Virus record (IMG/VR): IMGVR_UViG_3300046740_000358
Coordinates: 11,173-75,172 of that record
From: a virus
Length of the DNA: 64,000 nt
Direction: 5' to 3' (one strand)
Each line of letters starts with the position of its first letter. Positions within the stretch are counted from its first letter, which is position 1. This document shows, in pieces, positions 1 through 9,088 of the stretch. The position numbers and the translations under genes were made by a program. Below the pieces are notes generated by a model. That model was given only the letters and a program-made list of their open reading frames with translations, had not been told where the DNA came from and ran no database searches.

Positions 1-1003
1 GTGTCGCAGGCGGGTGCCTGTCGTTGAAAGTGTTTGTCGCCGGCGCTCGGTGCGGCGCGGTCGCAATCAGGACCTGGCCGCCCTTGATCCCTTCGTGCGA
101 CGTCACCACCCGAGCGGGTTCGTCGGGCCGGCTGCAGACGGACTCGTCGCCGCCATTCGGGACGTATGCCATCGGTTCCGGCGCCGGCACGCCCGCGATC
201 AAGATCTGGCCTCCCTTGTGGTGCTGGCGCGCGGTGACGGTTCGCGCCGCCTCGTCGCCCGTCGAGCATCGCGTGTCGTCGCCGCCGTTCTTTCGCCCGT
301 CCTCTCCCCGCGCGCGCATCCGCATGTTCACCGGGCGTCCGAGCTCGGCCAGGGGGAGGTGTTCCAGCGCCTGGCGGCAAGTCACGTAGGGCAGCAGCGC
401 GTGCCCGTCGAACGATGCTTGTCCCGTGGCGGGGGCGTGGGTCGGCGCCGGCCACTTCACGCACGGGCCGTCGAGATGGCCGAACCAGAACGGGCGGGAC
501 CGGAATTGCGGCACGCCGAACGAGACCGCGTTGAGAGACGCGAAGTCGCGAACGCAGTACCCGACCGCCGCGAGCGGGGCCAGCACCTCTTGCACCACGT
601 GCCACGACGTCGAGTCCTCGAGCCCCGGCACGTTGCCGATCAGGTACGCGCGCGGCCGCAGCAACCGAATGATCTCGGCGGTGACGTGGAGACAGTCCCG
701 CTCGTCAGCGGTCCCCAAGCGCTTCCCGGCCCGGCTCCAAGGGGTGCAAGGCGGGTCGGCAACGATCAGGTCCAGCCGATCGCCAAACTGCGCCGGCGTG
801 TGCCCGTCCAACGTCGGGCGCCATCCGTGGCGGACCATCTCCGCCAGATCGTTCACGTCGATCTGGATCGGCCGGTGCCCGTGGTTGCGCTCGTACGAAT
901 CGCAGGCGTCGGCGTCTTTGTCGAAGGCCATGTGCATCTTCACGCCAGCGCGGCGAAGGCCCTCCGCCAATCCACCGCTGCAAGGGAATAACTCTATGTT
1001 CAC
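1..1003 (-). CDS. DNA (cytosine-5)-methyltransferase, 3'-truncated by window edge (absent from ORF track)
   Basis: Hand translation from GTG at 1003 gives VNIELFPCSGG (motif I), LIVADPPCTPWSRAGK (catalytic PC), LIGNVPG (motif VI variant) and FGVPQFRSRPF (motif VIII). Confidence 0.9.
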   Translation of the reverse strand, partial: MNIELFPCSGGLAEGLRRAGVKMHMAFDKDADACDSYERNHGHRPIQIDVNDLAEMVRHGWRPTLDGHTPAQFGDRLDLIVADPPCTPWSRAGKRLGTADERDCLHVTAEIIRLLRPRAYLIGNVPGLEDSTSWHVVQEVLAPLAAVGYCVRDFASLNAVSFGVPQFRSRPFWFGHLDGPCVKWPAPTHAPATGQASFDGHALLPYVTCRQALEHLPLAELGRPVNMRMRARGEDGRKNGGDDTRCSTGDEAARTVTARQHHKGGQILIAGVPAPEPMAYVPNGGDESVCSRPDEPARVVTSHEGIKGGQVLIATAPHRAPATNTFNDRHPPAT

Positions 1004-1190
1004 TGGTCGGTCTCCTCGTCTTCAATCGGTTCCCGCTCGCGCGGCAGTCGCTTCCTGGGGCGCAGCAGTTTCACATGCGATGCCCACACCACGAACGTGT
1101 ATCCGGTGATCAGCCGCGGTGCCGCCCGCCAACCGATGCCAGCGCTGGATAGGCGGACGAGATCGCCAACGCGGAGTTCGGCGCGCGCCA

Positions 1191-1424
1191 TCAGGTCCAC
1201 TTCGCGATCAGTTCCGGGGTCAGGCCCTGGCACATCAACCGTTCGGCCACCCTTGCCCGCGAGGTTCCGTGCAGCCCCGTCTTTGCAAGTTCGTCCAGCA
1301 TGGCCGCCACGACAGGGGCGACCGTCATTGTCACCCTGACGCCGCGGTCGTACGCGCGCCCAGTCGCACGCATATGACGGCGGGCCTTCGCCAGTTCCAG
1401 GGCGACTCGAGAAGCCGAAGGCAT
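1191..1424 (-). CDS. small ribbon-helix-helix-like DNA-binding protein
   Basis: VRVTMTV..VAAMLDELAKTG..GTSRARVAERLM fits an RHH strand-helix-helix pattern. Confidence 0.5.
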   Translation of the reverse strand: MPSASRVALELAKARRHMRATGRAYDRGVRVTMTVAPVVAAMLDELAKTGLHGTSRARVAERLMCQGLTPELIAKWT

Positions 1425-1835
1425 CTACTCGTCTCGCCCTGGAACGCTAGAGCGCCGTGCGGCCTTCATCGCCCCGTTGACCTTGACCAACCTGGCGCCC
1501 TGAGCGTCGGCCTTCACCTTGTCGAACCGGAGTTGCTTGCACGTCGGGCACGTGATGCCGGCGCCGGACATCGAGAAGCGGAGGTGAGACCCGCGCTCCG
1601 TGCACGCGGCCACGTCCATCGCAGGACCAACGCGGGCGTGGACGGGCACGCGCTCGAGTTCGGCGATGGCTGCAACGATGGCCGCCTGCAACCCGGGGAG
1701 AGACGCGATCCTTTCGGGAGACAGCACCTGGGCAGCTAGTCCCGACGTCAGCGACTGCTCGATGTCGGCGATGACGATGGTCATGCGATCGATCACCCGG
1801 CGCTTCATCGGCGCCGGGACGTCGAGCCACTTCAT
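1425..1835 (-). CDS. hypothetical protein with C-terminal CxxC
   Basis: Starts MKWLDVP with an ATGA overlap to the upstream gene; contains TCPTCK. Confidence 0.55.
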   Translation of the reverse strand: MKWLDVPAPMKRRVIDRMTIVIADIEQSLTSGLAAQVLSPERIASLPGLQAAIVAAIAELERVPVHARVGPAMDVAACTERGSHLRFSMSGAGITCPTCKQLRFDKVKADAQGARLVKVNGAMKAARRSSVPGRDE

Positions 1836-2113
1836 GGTCGCGCCCCCAGCGGGTTCTCGTCGTCGAGTTCCAGTCCGAGACCCGCCAGCCAGTCCACGTA
1901 CGCCGGCAGCGGCGACCCCAGCAGGTACCGCGACCCGCTGTGCGTGGTGACCGTCCTCCCCTCGGCCGCGACCACCTTGGACGTGATGATGCACTCCCCG
2001 TCGAGGTCGACGAACCCGGACAGATGCGCCGGGGCGAAGTGCGGGCGCACCCGCTGGGCCCGGCTGCCCACAAGTTCCCAGTTCGCGAGGGTGATAACGG
2101 ACTTCGAGCTCAT
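1832..2113 (-). CDS. phage hypothetical protein
   Basis: MSSKSVITLANW...IITSKVV..EGRTVTTHSGSRYLLG; coupled start and stop. Confidence 0.6.
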   Translation of the reverse strand: MSSKSVITLANWELVGSRAQRVRPHFAPAHLSGFVDLDGECIITSKVVAAEGRTVTTHSGSRYLLGSPLPAYVDWLAGLGLELDDENPLGARP

Positions 2114-2356
2114 CGAAACCACTCGTCAACGATGAAGCCGTGCCGGCTGGCCCAGCGCCGGAACAGTTTGGCTTCCTTCCGCGCCTTCCGGTTCGACCTT
2201 CCCCGGTGTAGGTAGTGGACTTGTCGGCGCGTCTTCATCGGCACACCAGCCACGAGGCCACGCCTGCCAGCGCAGCGAGAACCAGCAAGGCCCGGCCCTC
2301 TCGTCGGTAGCGCCGGGAACGCTGGTCGGGGGTTTCGGTCACAAGTTGCGGGGGAT

Positions 2357-2935
2357 TCAAGATGCCACCTCCTGTTTCAATTCTTCCATCGCCGCTCGCA
2401 GGGCCCGCACCTCACGGGACCGCTCCGCCGCTCGCCTGTAACGCCCCAGCGCCGCCACCACCGCCGTCACCGGGATGCCGTACCGCCTCCCCAGGTCGAT
2501 GTAGACGCCGTAGTAGCGCCCCTCGTGCACCACCGCCCCCATCTCCCGAATGAACCTCGGCAGGCCGCGGGCGGCGTACTGCTCGGCCGCGAGGATTGCC
2601 GCGTCCAGCGTGGCCACGCGGGCGGCGAGCTGCGCAGTCGACACGAGGTCTTCTGGTGACGGGGCGCGCCCGGCCGACGTCGGTTCGAAGGCCACCGCTC
2701 GAATCGTTGCGAGGTCGTACCCCCTCGCCAGTCGATTGTCGTCGGTCACGCTCACCGGCAGGGCCCAATGGGTCACGCGGCGCAAAACCTCCTTGCGCTG
2801 GAACCCGTCGAAGCGTCCGGCGTCGAGCGCGACGAGGGTGGCCTCCTGGGCGATGTCATCGCGGGAGACGCCCTGCCATCGGCGAGCGGCCCAGCTGGAA
2901 AACTTGGTGATTGCAAGGGTTGTTGAGGGGGTCAT
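2357..2935 (-). CDS. sigma-70/ECF-like factor (region 2-like N-terminus, HTH-like C-terminus)
   Basis: SRDDIAQEATLVAL resembles ECF region 2; PSPEDLV linker; YIDLGRRYGIPVTAV is HTH-like. Confidence 0.5.
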   Translation of the reverse strand: MTPSTTLAITKFSSWAARRWQGVSRDDIAQEATLVALDAGRFDGFQRKEVLRRVTHWALPVSVTDDNRLARGYDLATIRAVAFEPTSAGRAPSPEDLVSTAQLAARVATLDAAILAAEQYAARGLPRFIREMGAVVHEGRYYGVYIDLGRRYGIPVTAVVAALGRYRRAAERSREVRALRAAMEELKQEVAS

Positions 2936-3210
2936 TCTGACGGCTCCAGATGCCGGGCAAGATGCTTTTCGATGACGTCCGCAAGGTGAAGGTGCTCGTC
3001 CCAGTCGTTGTCGCCGTGGTCGGCGCAGACGGAGCGGAGCGCGGCTACGGTCGCTTCCCGCTCCAAGATCCACTTCGCCCGCGTGGCCTCCGTATCCTCG
3101 TAGCCAAGCTCCATCAGGCACCGCTGCAGCACCGACGTCCACGCCGCGCGGTGTCCCCGGATCCAAACCCGCTCCCCTTCGTCGGTTCTGTCGGCTTCGA
3201 TGGTGCTCAC
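2932..3210 (-). CDS. hypothetical protein
   Basis: 92-aa ORF with GTGA/ATGA coupling at both ends. Confidence 0.65.
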   Translation of the reverse strand: MSTIEADRTDEGERVWIRGHRAAWTSVLQRCLMELGYEDTEATRAKWILEREATVAALRSVCADHGDNDWDEHLHLADVIEKHLARHLEPSE

Positions 3211-3485
3211 GGCTTCACCGCCCGTGCGGCGTCCGCCTGCCCGGCGAGCTTCGCGGCCCGTTCAAGGACATCAGGGTCTGTCCACGACTGCGCCACGCCA
3301 GCCCGATTGTTTCTCTCGGCCGCACGTCGAAGAAAAGCCAGGCCGAATTCGCGACAAGCGTCGAGGCCCATATTCACCACGGACGGCGCGTGGAGTTCGT
3401 GTGCAAGCTCCCGCGCATCCTCCTGCGTGCCGCACGCGAAATAGGTTCCGTGGTGACACACGACGGGATACCCGCTTTCGGTCAC
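3207..3485 (-). CDS. hypothetical protein ending in repeat-encoded DAARAVKP
   Basis: GTG start overlaps the upstream stop (GTGA). Confidence 0.6.
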   Translation of the reverse strand: MTESGYPVVCHHGTYFACGTQEDARELAHELHAPSVVNMGLDACREFGLAFLRRAAERNNRAGVAQSWTDPDVLERAAKLAGQADAARAVKP

Positions 3486-3775
3486 GGCTTCGCCGCCCGT
3501 GCGGCGTCTCGCCACGCTTCGATCCCGCCGGCCCTGATCTCGATAGCGCACGCCTGCAGTTCGAGCTTTCGCGCTACCGCGCCATCATGCAGGGCCGCCG
3601 CCTTTGCTTCGAGGTATGCGGCCACCTGGTCCGTCGTTAGGCCAAGGACCGGAGGATTCGCCGAGTTCAAGCGTCCGCACGCCCGCCCCCATCGGTGCGC
3701 CAAGAAAGCGGCACCAGCCCACAGCACGGAGAGGATCGCTCCGAAAGCAAGAAACACTCGCTCCGAAACCATCAC
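3482..3775 (-). CDS. small membrane protein
   Basis: N-terminal hydrophobic VFLAFGAILSVLWAGAAFLA; ends DAARAAKP. Confidence 0.6.
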   Translation of the reverse strand: MMVSERVFLAFGAILSVLWAGAAFLAHRWGRACGRLNSANPPVLGLTTDQVAAYLEAKAAALHDGAVARKLELQACAIEIRAGGIEAWRDAARAAKP

Positions 3776-4272
3776 GGCGCCTTCCGTGCGGCGTCTAGGG
3801 CCGCGAGGATGGTTGCCGCCGCCCGCTCGCCCTTGTTATCCGCTGGGCTGTGGCCGGAGCCGTACTCTCGGAGTTCTCCGAGCGTCAGACGCAGCGCCGC
3901 CTCCATCTCAGGCGCCAGCCGGATCATCTCGCGGGCGAGGGGAGATGCCAGTTCAATCCAGGAAGCGTCGTTGGTAAGTGTCAAGACGTCCGCACAGTTG
4001 GCGTCTTCCAACCCCCAGGCCATGCCGTACTCTCGCCACCGCCACGGCGCGGGGTGCTCGCCTGTGCCGGCGCGCGACGCGACCTGCGCCGGATGCTCGG
4101 TCGGATGCGATCCGGCGCCCGCGATGCCCTCGGACGCGACGTAAGTCTGGTTGCCGCCCACTCCCCCCACTGACACGACGAACGCCTGTGGGGCATGGCC
4201 AGCAACGATGGTCGCCTCGTCATGTGGTCGTTTGACGGCCTCGCCGCCCTCGTGCTTCTCTTCGTCTGACAT
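3772..4272 (-). CDS. hypothetical protein, paralogue of 51323..51694
   Basis: AGGAG RBS before MSDEEK; shares HPAPW, LEDAN, LASPLA.E.IRLAPEMEAALR and TILAALDAAR with the paralogue. Confidence 0.7.
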   Translation of the reverse strand: MSDEEKHEGGEAVKRPHDEATIVAGHAPQAFVVSVGGVGGNQTYVASEGIAGAGSHPTEHPAQVASRAGTGEHPAPWRWREYGMAWGLEDANCADVLTLTNDASWIELASPLAREMIRLAPEMEAALRLTLGELREYGSGHSPADNKGERAAATILAALDAARKAP

Positions 4273-4315
4273 CGGGTCTCCTCCGTTCAGGGGACTTGCG
4301 GGTGAACCTGGAAAG

Positions 4316-4346
4316 CCCCGGGGGCGCGAGTGAGGCGCCCCCGGGG
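4316..4346. terminator. GC-rich intergenic hairpin
   Basis: CCCCGGGGGCGC...GCGCCCCCGGGG inverted repeat just after the stop at 4347; no U-tract. Confidence 0.4.
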
Positions 4347-4838
4347 TCAACCTTTCGGGGTGGTAACGATTCGCGTGAGGATCACTGTCGTGGTGTCCGA
4401 AGCCACCTGGCCGTGGTCGTAACTCCGCGTGCGAATGACGTCGTCGACGTGGAATTCGTCGCCTTCGATCACCAATGGCTTGCCACTAGTCTGGAGCGCC
4501 GCGATCGTTTCGTAGGCGCGTCTCTGTCTAGCCTCGCGATCGTCCGCTGGTTTGCGGATCGGTTCGGTCACGTCCTCGCGCATCGACACGTGGAAGTCGG
4601 AGAGGATGTCACTGGCGATGGCTTCAGCGGGTTCGGTGTTCTCCGTGGTCGGCAGTAAGCCACCGAGAACGGCATCGACCAGCGCCTGGCGGTCTGTCTT
4701 CATCTCCTCGTCCTCGGCGGCACGGAGGGCGTCGAGGGCAACGATTGCGATACCGCAGAAGGACAATGACGCCGATCCTGACATCGCATCTCCGACGGCC
4801 CGCTCGACGGCCTTGATCAGCGCCTTGGAGTGCCTCAT
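4347..4838 (-). CDS. hypothetical protein
   Basis: MRHSKALIKAVE start with ATGA overlap; protein-like composition. Confidence 0.55.
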   Translation of the reverse strand: MRHSKALIKAVERAVGDAMSGSASLSFCGIAIVALDALRAAEDEEMKTDRQALVDAVLGGLLPTTENTEPAEAIASDILSDFHVSMREDVTEPIRKPADDREARQRRAYETIAALQTSGKPLVIEGDEFHVDDVIRTRSYDHGQVASDTTTVILTRIVTTPKG

Positions 4839-4920
4839 CGCGGCCACCGGAATGGCCACCACGTCACGAGGACCGCGGCGACGATGCAGTCCAAGGCGCC
4901 CACCACGGCCTGGGCTGTGG

Positions 4921-5103
4921 TCACGACTCCACCGAAGGGCGGACCGGGTAGGCCGCGACGGAGCGGCGGATCAGTTCGGCGATCCCCACCCCGTGGGCGC
5001 GCGCCTTCGCCCGCAGGCGGATGTTCTCGGACTTCGTCAACCGGAACACCGGCCCGACAAGCGGGCGTGGAATCCTTGACCTCGGCTCCATCTGTTTCTG
5101 CAT
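4921..5103 (-). CDS. RHH/MobC-like DNA-binding protein, leaderless
   Basis: FRLTKSENIRLRAKARAHGVGIAELIRRSV; ATG lies 7 nt after a -10 box. Confidence 0.65.
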   Translation of the reverse strand: MQKQMEPRSRIPRPLVGPVFRLTKSENIRLRAKARAHGVGIAELIRRSVAAYPVRPSVES

Positions 5104-5110
5104 GCGACAG

Positions 5111-5139
5111 ACGGTATCGTGATATCGCGACCTCGTCAA
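5111..5139 (-). promoter_or_regulatory. sigma70-type promoter TTGACG-N17-TACCGT-N7-ATG
   Basis: Read on the reverse complement; the spacer contains a GATATC palindrome. Confidence 0.6.
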
Positions 5140-5144
5140 ATGCC

Positions 5145-5582
5145 TTATGCGTCGACCGTCGTCAGGTAGATCACGACACGCGGGTTCGCGGCGTCTTTCA
5201 GGCGGCGGCTTCCGTCCCAATGCGCGATCAGGCTGTCATTCATGATGACGCCCGCGTTCTGGAGCGCGTCCCCGATCGCCTGGTAGTAGCCGTTGGCATC
5301 TCCCGTGGCCCGATCGCGGAAGATGCCCGCACGCACCGTCACCGGCTGGTTGATTGCGCCGGCCCTATGCCACTGCTGGCGGAGTTGCCGGATCGCGCTG
5401 TCCGCCCAGTCCTTCGTGAAACTGGCGCTCATGATGAACGGCGTCCCGTCGCGCTTGCGTGCGATGCGCTGGGACGTCTTCTTTGTCCGGGGCGGGCCCA
5501 AGATCTCGAACCGCCACCGCTCGCCGATGGGCTGTAGGTCCAGAGCGGGCGGCTTCGGTTTCTTCGGCTGGCGGCGTGACAT
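5145..5582 (-). CDS. rusA: RusA-like Holliday junction resolvase
   Basis: GPPRTKKTS, GDANGYYQAIGDALQNAGVIMNDSLI (D-x-x-x/DAL/ND acidic pattern), NPRVVIYL. Confidence 0.75.
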   Translation of the reverse strand: MSRRQPKKPKPPALDLQPIGERWRFEILGPPRTKKTSQRIARKRDGTPFIMSASFTKDWADSAIRQLRQQWHRAGAINQPVTVRAGIFRDRATGDANGYYQAIGDALQNAGVIMNDSLIAHWDGSRRLKDAANPRVVIYLTTVDA

Positions 5583-5681
5583 CGCCGACCACCGTGCGCC
5601 CGCCCGCGCGGCGGTGTCAACCACAAACGCAAAACGGGGCCCGACCTGGGCCCCGCATGCTTCGATCTCGACCGGCCTACG

Positions 5682-6440
5682 TCATTCCGCCGTCCACGCC
5701 CCCGGGCCGTTGCCGGGCAAGATGTAGACGCGATCGTTCCGCAGGTCATGCCGGTAGGCGGTCCTGCTGCGCTCGTCGGCCTTCTTGACGGTGACGGCCG
5801 CGATGTACTCGACGCTCGCCTTCGAGCCGAACACGTTGGACGTCGAACCGTCGTCGTTTTCGACGATGATGTACCCATGGCTGTAGTCGCCGGGCTCCGT
5901 GCACGTCCCCATGAAATCCAGTCGTCCAACGCCCTCGCCGAACCACGCGGGGCAGACGAAGTTCGACACCTCGACGTCGCGCGTGACCCGGCCAATGGTT
6001 GCCGCGATCGTGTAGTGGTCGTTTTCCACCGCATCACACACCTCGAGAGCCGTCACGATCCCGGACGCCATCCGCACCCAGCGATCCCCGTACGGATCGC
6101 CAATGAGCTCGAGCGCCTCGTGCCCCATGACCGTCGGGATCGGCTGGCTCCGCCCCCAGGCAAGATCGGGCAGCGCCAAGCCGCCGTGGTCGCCGAGGTA
6201 GCCCGGCGTCTCCAGTGACGGCACGATCTGAATCGGCGCGAAGGATCCGGCGGAGAGGTTGTCGGAGTTCGAATACCCCACCACCTCCACCGGCCTCTTG
6301 ACGGGCAGGTAGTCCTGCCACAGCGGGAGAAAATCGCGCTCGACCTGGATGCGGAGCGCCTCCACGGCGAAGGCGAAATCGTCGGGCTTCATCAGGCCGC
6401 GGTCATTCAGGAACGCGACCTCGCGGACCATGTCCATCAT
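5682..6440 (-). CDS. putative zinc metalloprotease-like protein
   Basis: GHEALELIGDP, LEVCDAVE and VSNFVCPAWF form an HExxE...DP...E-x-x-D pattern. Confidence 0.6.
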   Translation of the reverse strand: MMDMVREVAFLNDRGLMKPDDFAFAVEALRIQVERDFLPLWQDYLPVKRPVEVVGYSNSDNLSAGSFAPIQIVPSLETPGYLGDHGGLALPDLAWGRSQPIPTVMGHEALELIGDPYGDRWVRMASGIVTALEVCDAVENDHYTIAATIGRVTRDVEVSNFVCPAWFGEGVGRLDFMGTCTEPGDYSHGYIIVENDDGSTSNVFGSKASVEYIAAVTVKKADERSRTAYRHDLRNDRVYILPGNGPGAWTAE

Positions 6441-6943
6441 GGGACGCAGATTCCCCAGCCCGGTTTCGGCGCAGGACCCGTCGGCACGCGGCACACCAGC
6501 GGGGGCACGCACGCCGGTGAACAGAACGGACCGGACGCGAGACCAGACGCAAACCGCACCTCGCGCGCCGTCAGGTAGGCCATCGCGTTGGCCGTGACGA
6601 CGTCCGCATTCGGCTGGGCGCTGCCCGGGTGGGCCGCCTTCCGGTTCTCGGCGGCCGTCGCCGCCAGCGCCACCGCGCACACCACCGCATCGTCACCCAC
6701 GCGCTGCGCGAGCTTGGTCAGCAGGCCGACGTAGTCCTTCGACAGAAGGTCGGTGGTGACGTCCGTGATGATGCTCGGCAATTGGCTCTGCACCTTGTCG
6801 GCGGCGCAGTCGACCACGTCGACCACCTTGGTCAGGACGGGCGTCGCTGGCGGCGGCGTCCCCGTGGTTGTGCACCCTGGAACCGCCATCGAGACGGACA
6901 GGAGGGCCAGGAGGAGGGCGGCGGTTCGAATGGACGTGTTCAT
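6437..6943 (-). CDS. putative lipoprotein
   Basis: Signal peptide with lipobox-like VPGC; Pro-rich linker; GGAG RBS. Confidence 0.6.
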   Translation of the reverse strand: MNTSIRTAALLLALLSVSMAVPGCTTTGTPPPATPVLTKVVDVVDCAADKVQSQLPSIITDVTTDLLSKDYVGLLTKLAQRVGDDAVVCAVALAATAAENRKAAHPGSAQPNADVVTANAMAYLTAREVRFASGLASGPFCSPACVPPLVCRVPTGPAPKPGWGICVP

Positions 6944-6964
6944 GGTAGTGGCTCCCTTGCGATT

Positions 6965-7600
6965 TCAGTTGATCCAGGCGGCGAAGTTCCCGCCAGCAGT
7001 GAGCGACACAGTTGCCTGCCAGCACCCCGTCGCGTTTCCACAACTTGCAGGCGGACGGTAGGTGATCGCGCCAGCGACGGCTGTGCCCCCACCCTTGTAG
7101 GTCCAGGTCCCGCCAACGGCGTGGGTGTAGACCGAACACTGGACCCAACTGACGCTGACGAGTTGCGGGTTGTACTGCGGAGCCGGTCCGAGAGCGTCGC
7201 TCATCCCCATCGACTGGCACCGAAGCTGAATTTCAGCAACGGCAGGATTCAAGCTGTAGGTCGCAAACGTGGATGGGGCGACGGGGGCGATGTCCCCGCA
7301 GGTGCCGATGCCCGTCCCGAAAACCTTCATCATCGTACCGGCCGGCTGCGTGGGCGTGTACGGAGGAGGGGGCAGCGGGTAGGGCGCGTAGCCCCAGGAC
7401 TCGACAACCGTCTGGCGAAGCGCGAACGGTCCCTGCCCGCCGAAGTAGTACGCGCCGGCCGGCGTGAACACGCCGCCCACGTTCCACGCGGGGCTCAAGT
7501 ACACCACCGCTGGGTTGACGTAGGCGCGGGCCTCGGCGGCAAACAGACTCACGGCACAAAGCGCGGCGATGGCGAGGAGCGATTTCAGTCGTGGGATCAT
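6965..7600 (-). CDS. secreted protein with signal peptide
   Basis: MIPRLKSLLAIAALCAVSLFAAEARA (AxA cleavage site); GAAAGGA RBS. Confidence 0.65.
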   Translation of the reverse strand: MIPRLKSLLAIAALCAVSLFAAEARAYVNPAVVYLSPAWNVGGVFTPAGAYYFGGQGPFALRQTVVESWGYAPYPLPPPPYTPTQPAGTMMKVFGTGIGTCGDIAPVAPSTFATYSLNPAVAEIQLRCQSMGMSDALGPAPQYNPQLVSVSWVQCSVYTHAVGGTWTYKGGGTAVAGAITYRPPASCGNATGCWQATVSLTAGGNFAAWIN

Positions 7601-7995
7601 GTGATGGGTCCTTTCGGTTGGTCGTCTTGACGTGGAGGGATGGGCGGACGGCGGCGCTCGACTCCGACGTCTCGCATGGTGGTGCGACGGTCGGGCCCGA
7701 AATAGAACTCGTGCCCCCCCAAGCGGATCCAGAAGGAGACGGCACAAAGCGCCCAGTCTCCCCGCTTGCTGGCGATGCACGTGGGCAGCCGGCCAACCTC
7801 GAAGGTGGAGGTCGGCGCCGGCGCGTCGATGACGACGGCGTCCACGCCGCACTTTCGGAAGCACGTTGACGGCGCGGACGTCGGCGTCTGGTCGCCATCC
7901 TCTTCGAACGGCTCCTCGAGGAGATCGTCCGACGGCAGATTGGTGCCATCAGGGACAGTGATCGGGTCGTCCTGGAAGTCGTCGGGCTTGGTCAT
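7597..7995 (-). CDS. hypothetical protein with acidic N-terminus and Cys motif
   Basis: 132-aa ORF with ATGA overlap to the downstream gene. Confidence 0.5.
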   Translation of the reverse strand: MTKPDDFQDDPITVPDGTNLPSDDLLEEPFEEDGDQTPTSAPSTCFRKCGVDAVVIDAPAPTSTFEVGRLPTCIASKRGDWALCAVSFWIRLGGHEFYFGPDRRTTMRDVGVERRRPPIPPRQDDQPKGPIT

Positions 7996-8407
7996 GGGGT
8001 CCGGGCCTAGCCGGGGATTCTACTATCCCTTGCGCCCGGGGGACGAATCGTCACGCCCTGCAGCCCGCTTCCGTCGAGTTTCCGAGGTCTCGTCCGGTGG
8101 ACTGAGGCGTCCGCTCGCGATGTCGAGCGCGTCAGCCTGCGCGATCGCCAGCGTGGCCGCCTGCTCTTGCAGCGGGATCGACTTCCTTATCGCGCTCGCG
8201 GCAGCTCGGAGAACCCACGGGAGATCAGGGCCCTCAACTCCGTTTGTTCTTCGGAGAGTCTCGCAAATAGTATCGACATGGGCTCGGAGGACTTCCCAGG
8301 TTTTGGGATCGATCGCCTTGCGCTGAACCGGCGCACCCTTGACCCCAGATCCCGAACTGCCGTTGCTAGATGACCCATGCGCCATGTCTCCTCGCGTTCG
8401 TTGATCG

Positions 8408-9043
8408 TCACGGCTTCGCAGGGGAAGCGTCGGGGGGGATCTGCTGCACAGCCGGCGCCGCAGCGATGGGCGCTAGCTTGGCCGGCGCCGGCGGCAGTTC
8501 CGGGGGCGGCGCCGCGATCACGGGGGCTGGCTTCGCCTTGCGCAAGGCCAGCTCCTTGCTGTCCCTGGCGGCGTTCTCGCGGACGGCCTTGACCAGGCCG
8601 GCGTCGACCCGCTTCCGCCGCGCGGCCGCCGGCTGGCCCTCGACCACGAAGTCCCGGCCCATCGACTCGATGACCGCGCTCTGCGCCTTGGACGTCGCTT
8701 CAGCCGCGGTGACACGCGCCTCGAGGGCGGCCAACTCCTTCACCAGGTCCCTGGTGGGCGTCGCGAGCTTCTTGTATGCGCGCTTGGTGGTGGCCTCGGC
8801 TTCCACCTCCACCTGGTCGACCTTCTTGTCCGTGTCGGCCTTCCCAGACTGGGAATGCAGCACGGCCAAGACGAGCGCCGCAAGTGCGGGGCCTGCCGCC
8901 ACGGCAATCTTGGGCAGCAGCGGGACCACGGGCTTGATGACGATCCGGAGGCTGGCCCAGACGATGGCCTTGTCCTTTTTCGACAGGAGCGTGTTCGGTG
9001 GCGTCTTCTCGACCCGCTCAAACTCATTGGTCTCAGGCGCCAT
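8408..9043 (-). CDS. membrane-anchored coiled-coil protein (possible lysis/spanin-like component)
   Basis: TM segment IAVAAGPALAALVLAVL followed by coiled coil and a Pro-rich tail; lies directly after the tail fibre. Confidence 0.55.
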   Translation of the reverse strand: MAPETNEFERVEKTPPNTLLSKKDKAIVWASLRIVIKPVVPLLPKIAVAAGPALAALVLAVLHSQSGKADTDKKVDQVEVEAEATTKRAYKKLATPTRDLVKELAALEARVTAAEATSKAQSAVIESMGRDFVVEGQPAAARRKRVDAGLVKAVRENAARDSKELALRKAKPAPVIAAPPPELPPAPAKLAPIAAAPAVQQIPPDASPAKP

Positions 9044-9088
9044 TGGTTAAGTGAAGCACATACGGACTGCACCCGAAAGCGGTGGGTC

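Larger units (their letters stand above)
3207..3810. repeat. gene-end direct repeats TCACGGCTTCRCCGCCCGTGCGGCGTC (3207-3233, 3482-3508, degenerate 3772-3810; related copy 51346-51379)
   Basis: Read directly from the sequence; the three local copies each contain a stop/start junction. Confidence 0.85.

Noticed and set aside
14-991. 325-aa + strand ORF and the many other long + strand ORFs (e.g. 15944-17329, 21822-23543, 27632-29185, 36728-38410, 58021-59871)
   Set aside because: Antisense shadows of real minus-strand genes in high-GC DNA; Arg/Gly/Ala-rich text with no motifs.
8023-8411. Gene call between 7995 and 8408
   Set aside because: Two overlapping frames (8187-8411 coupled to the upstream gene; 8023-8385) are each only partly plausible. 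A frameshift is possible but cannot be resolved by eye, so no CDS is asserted.
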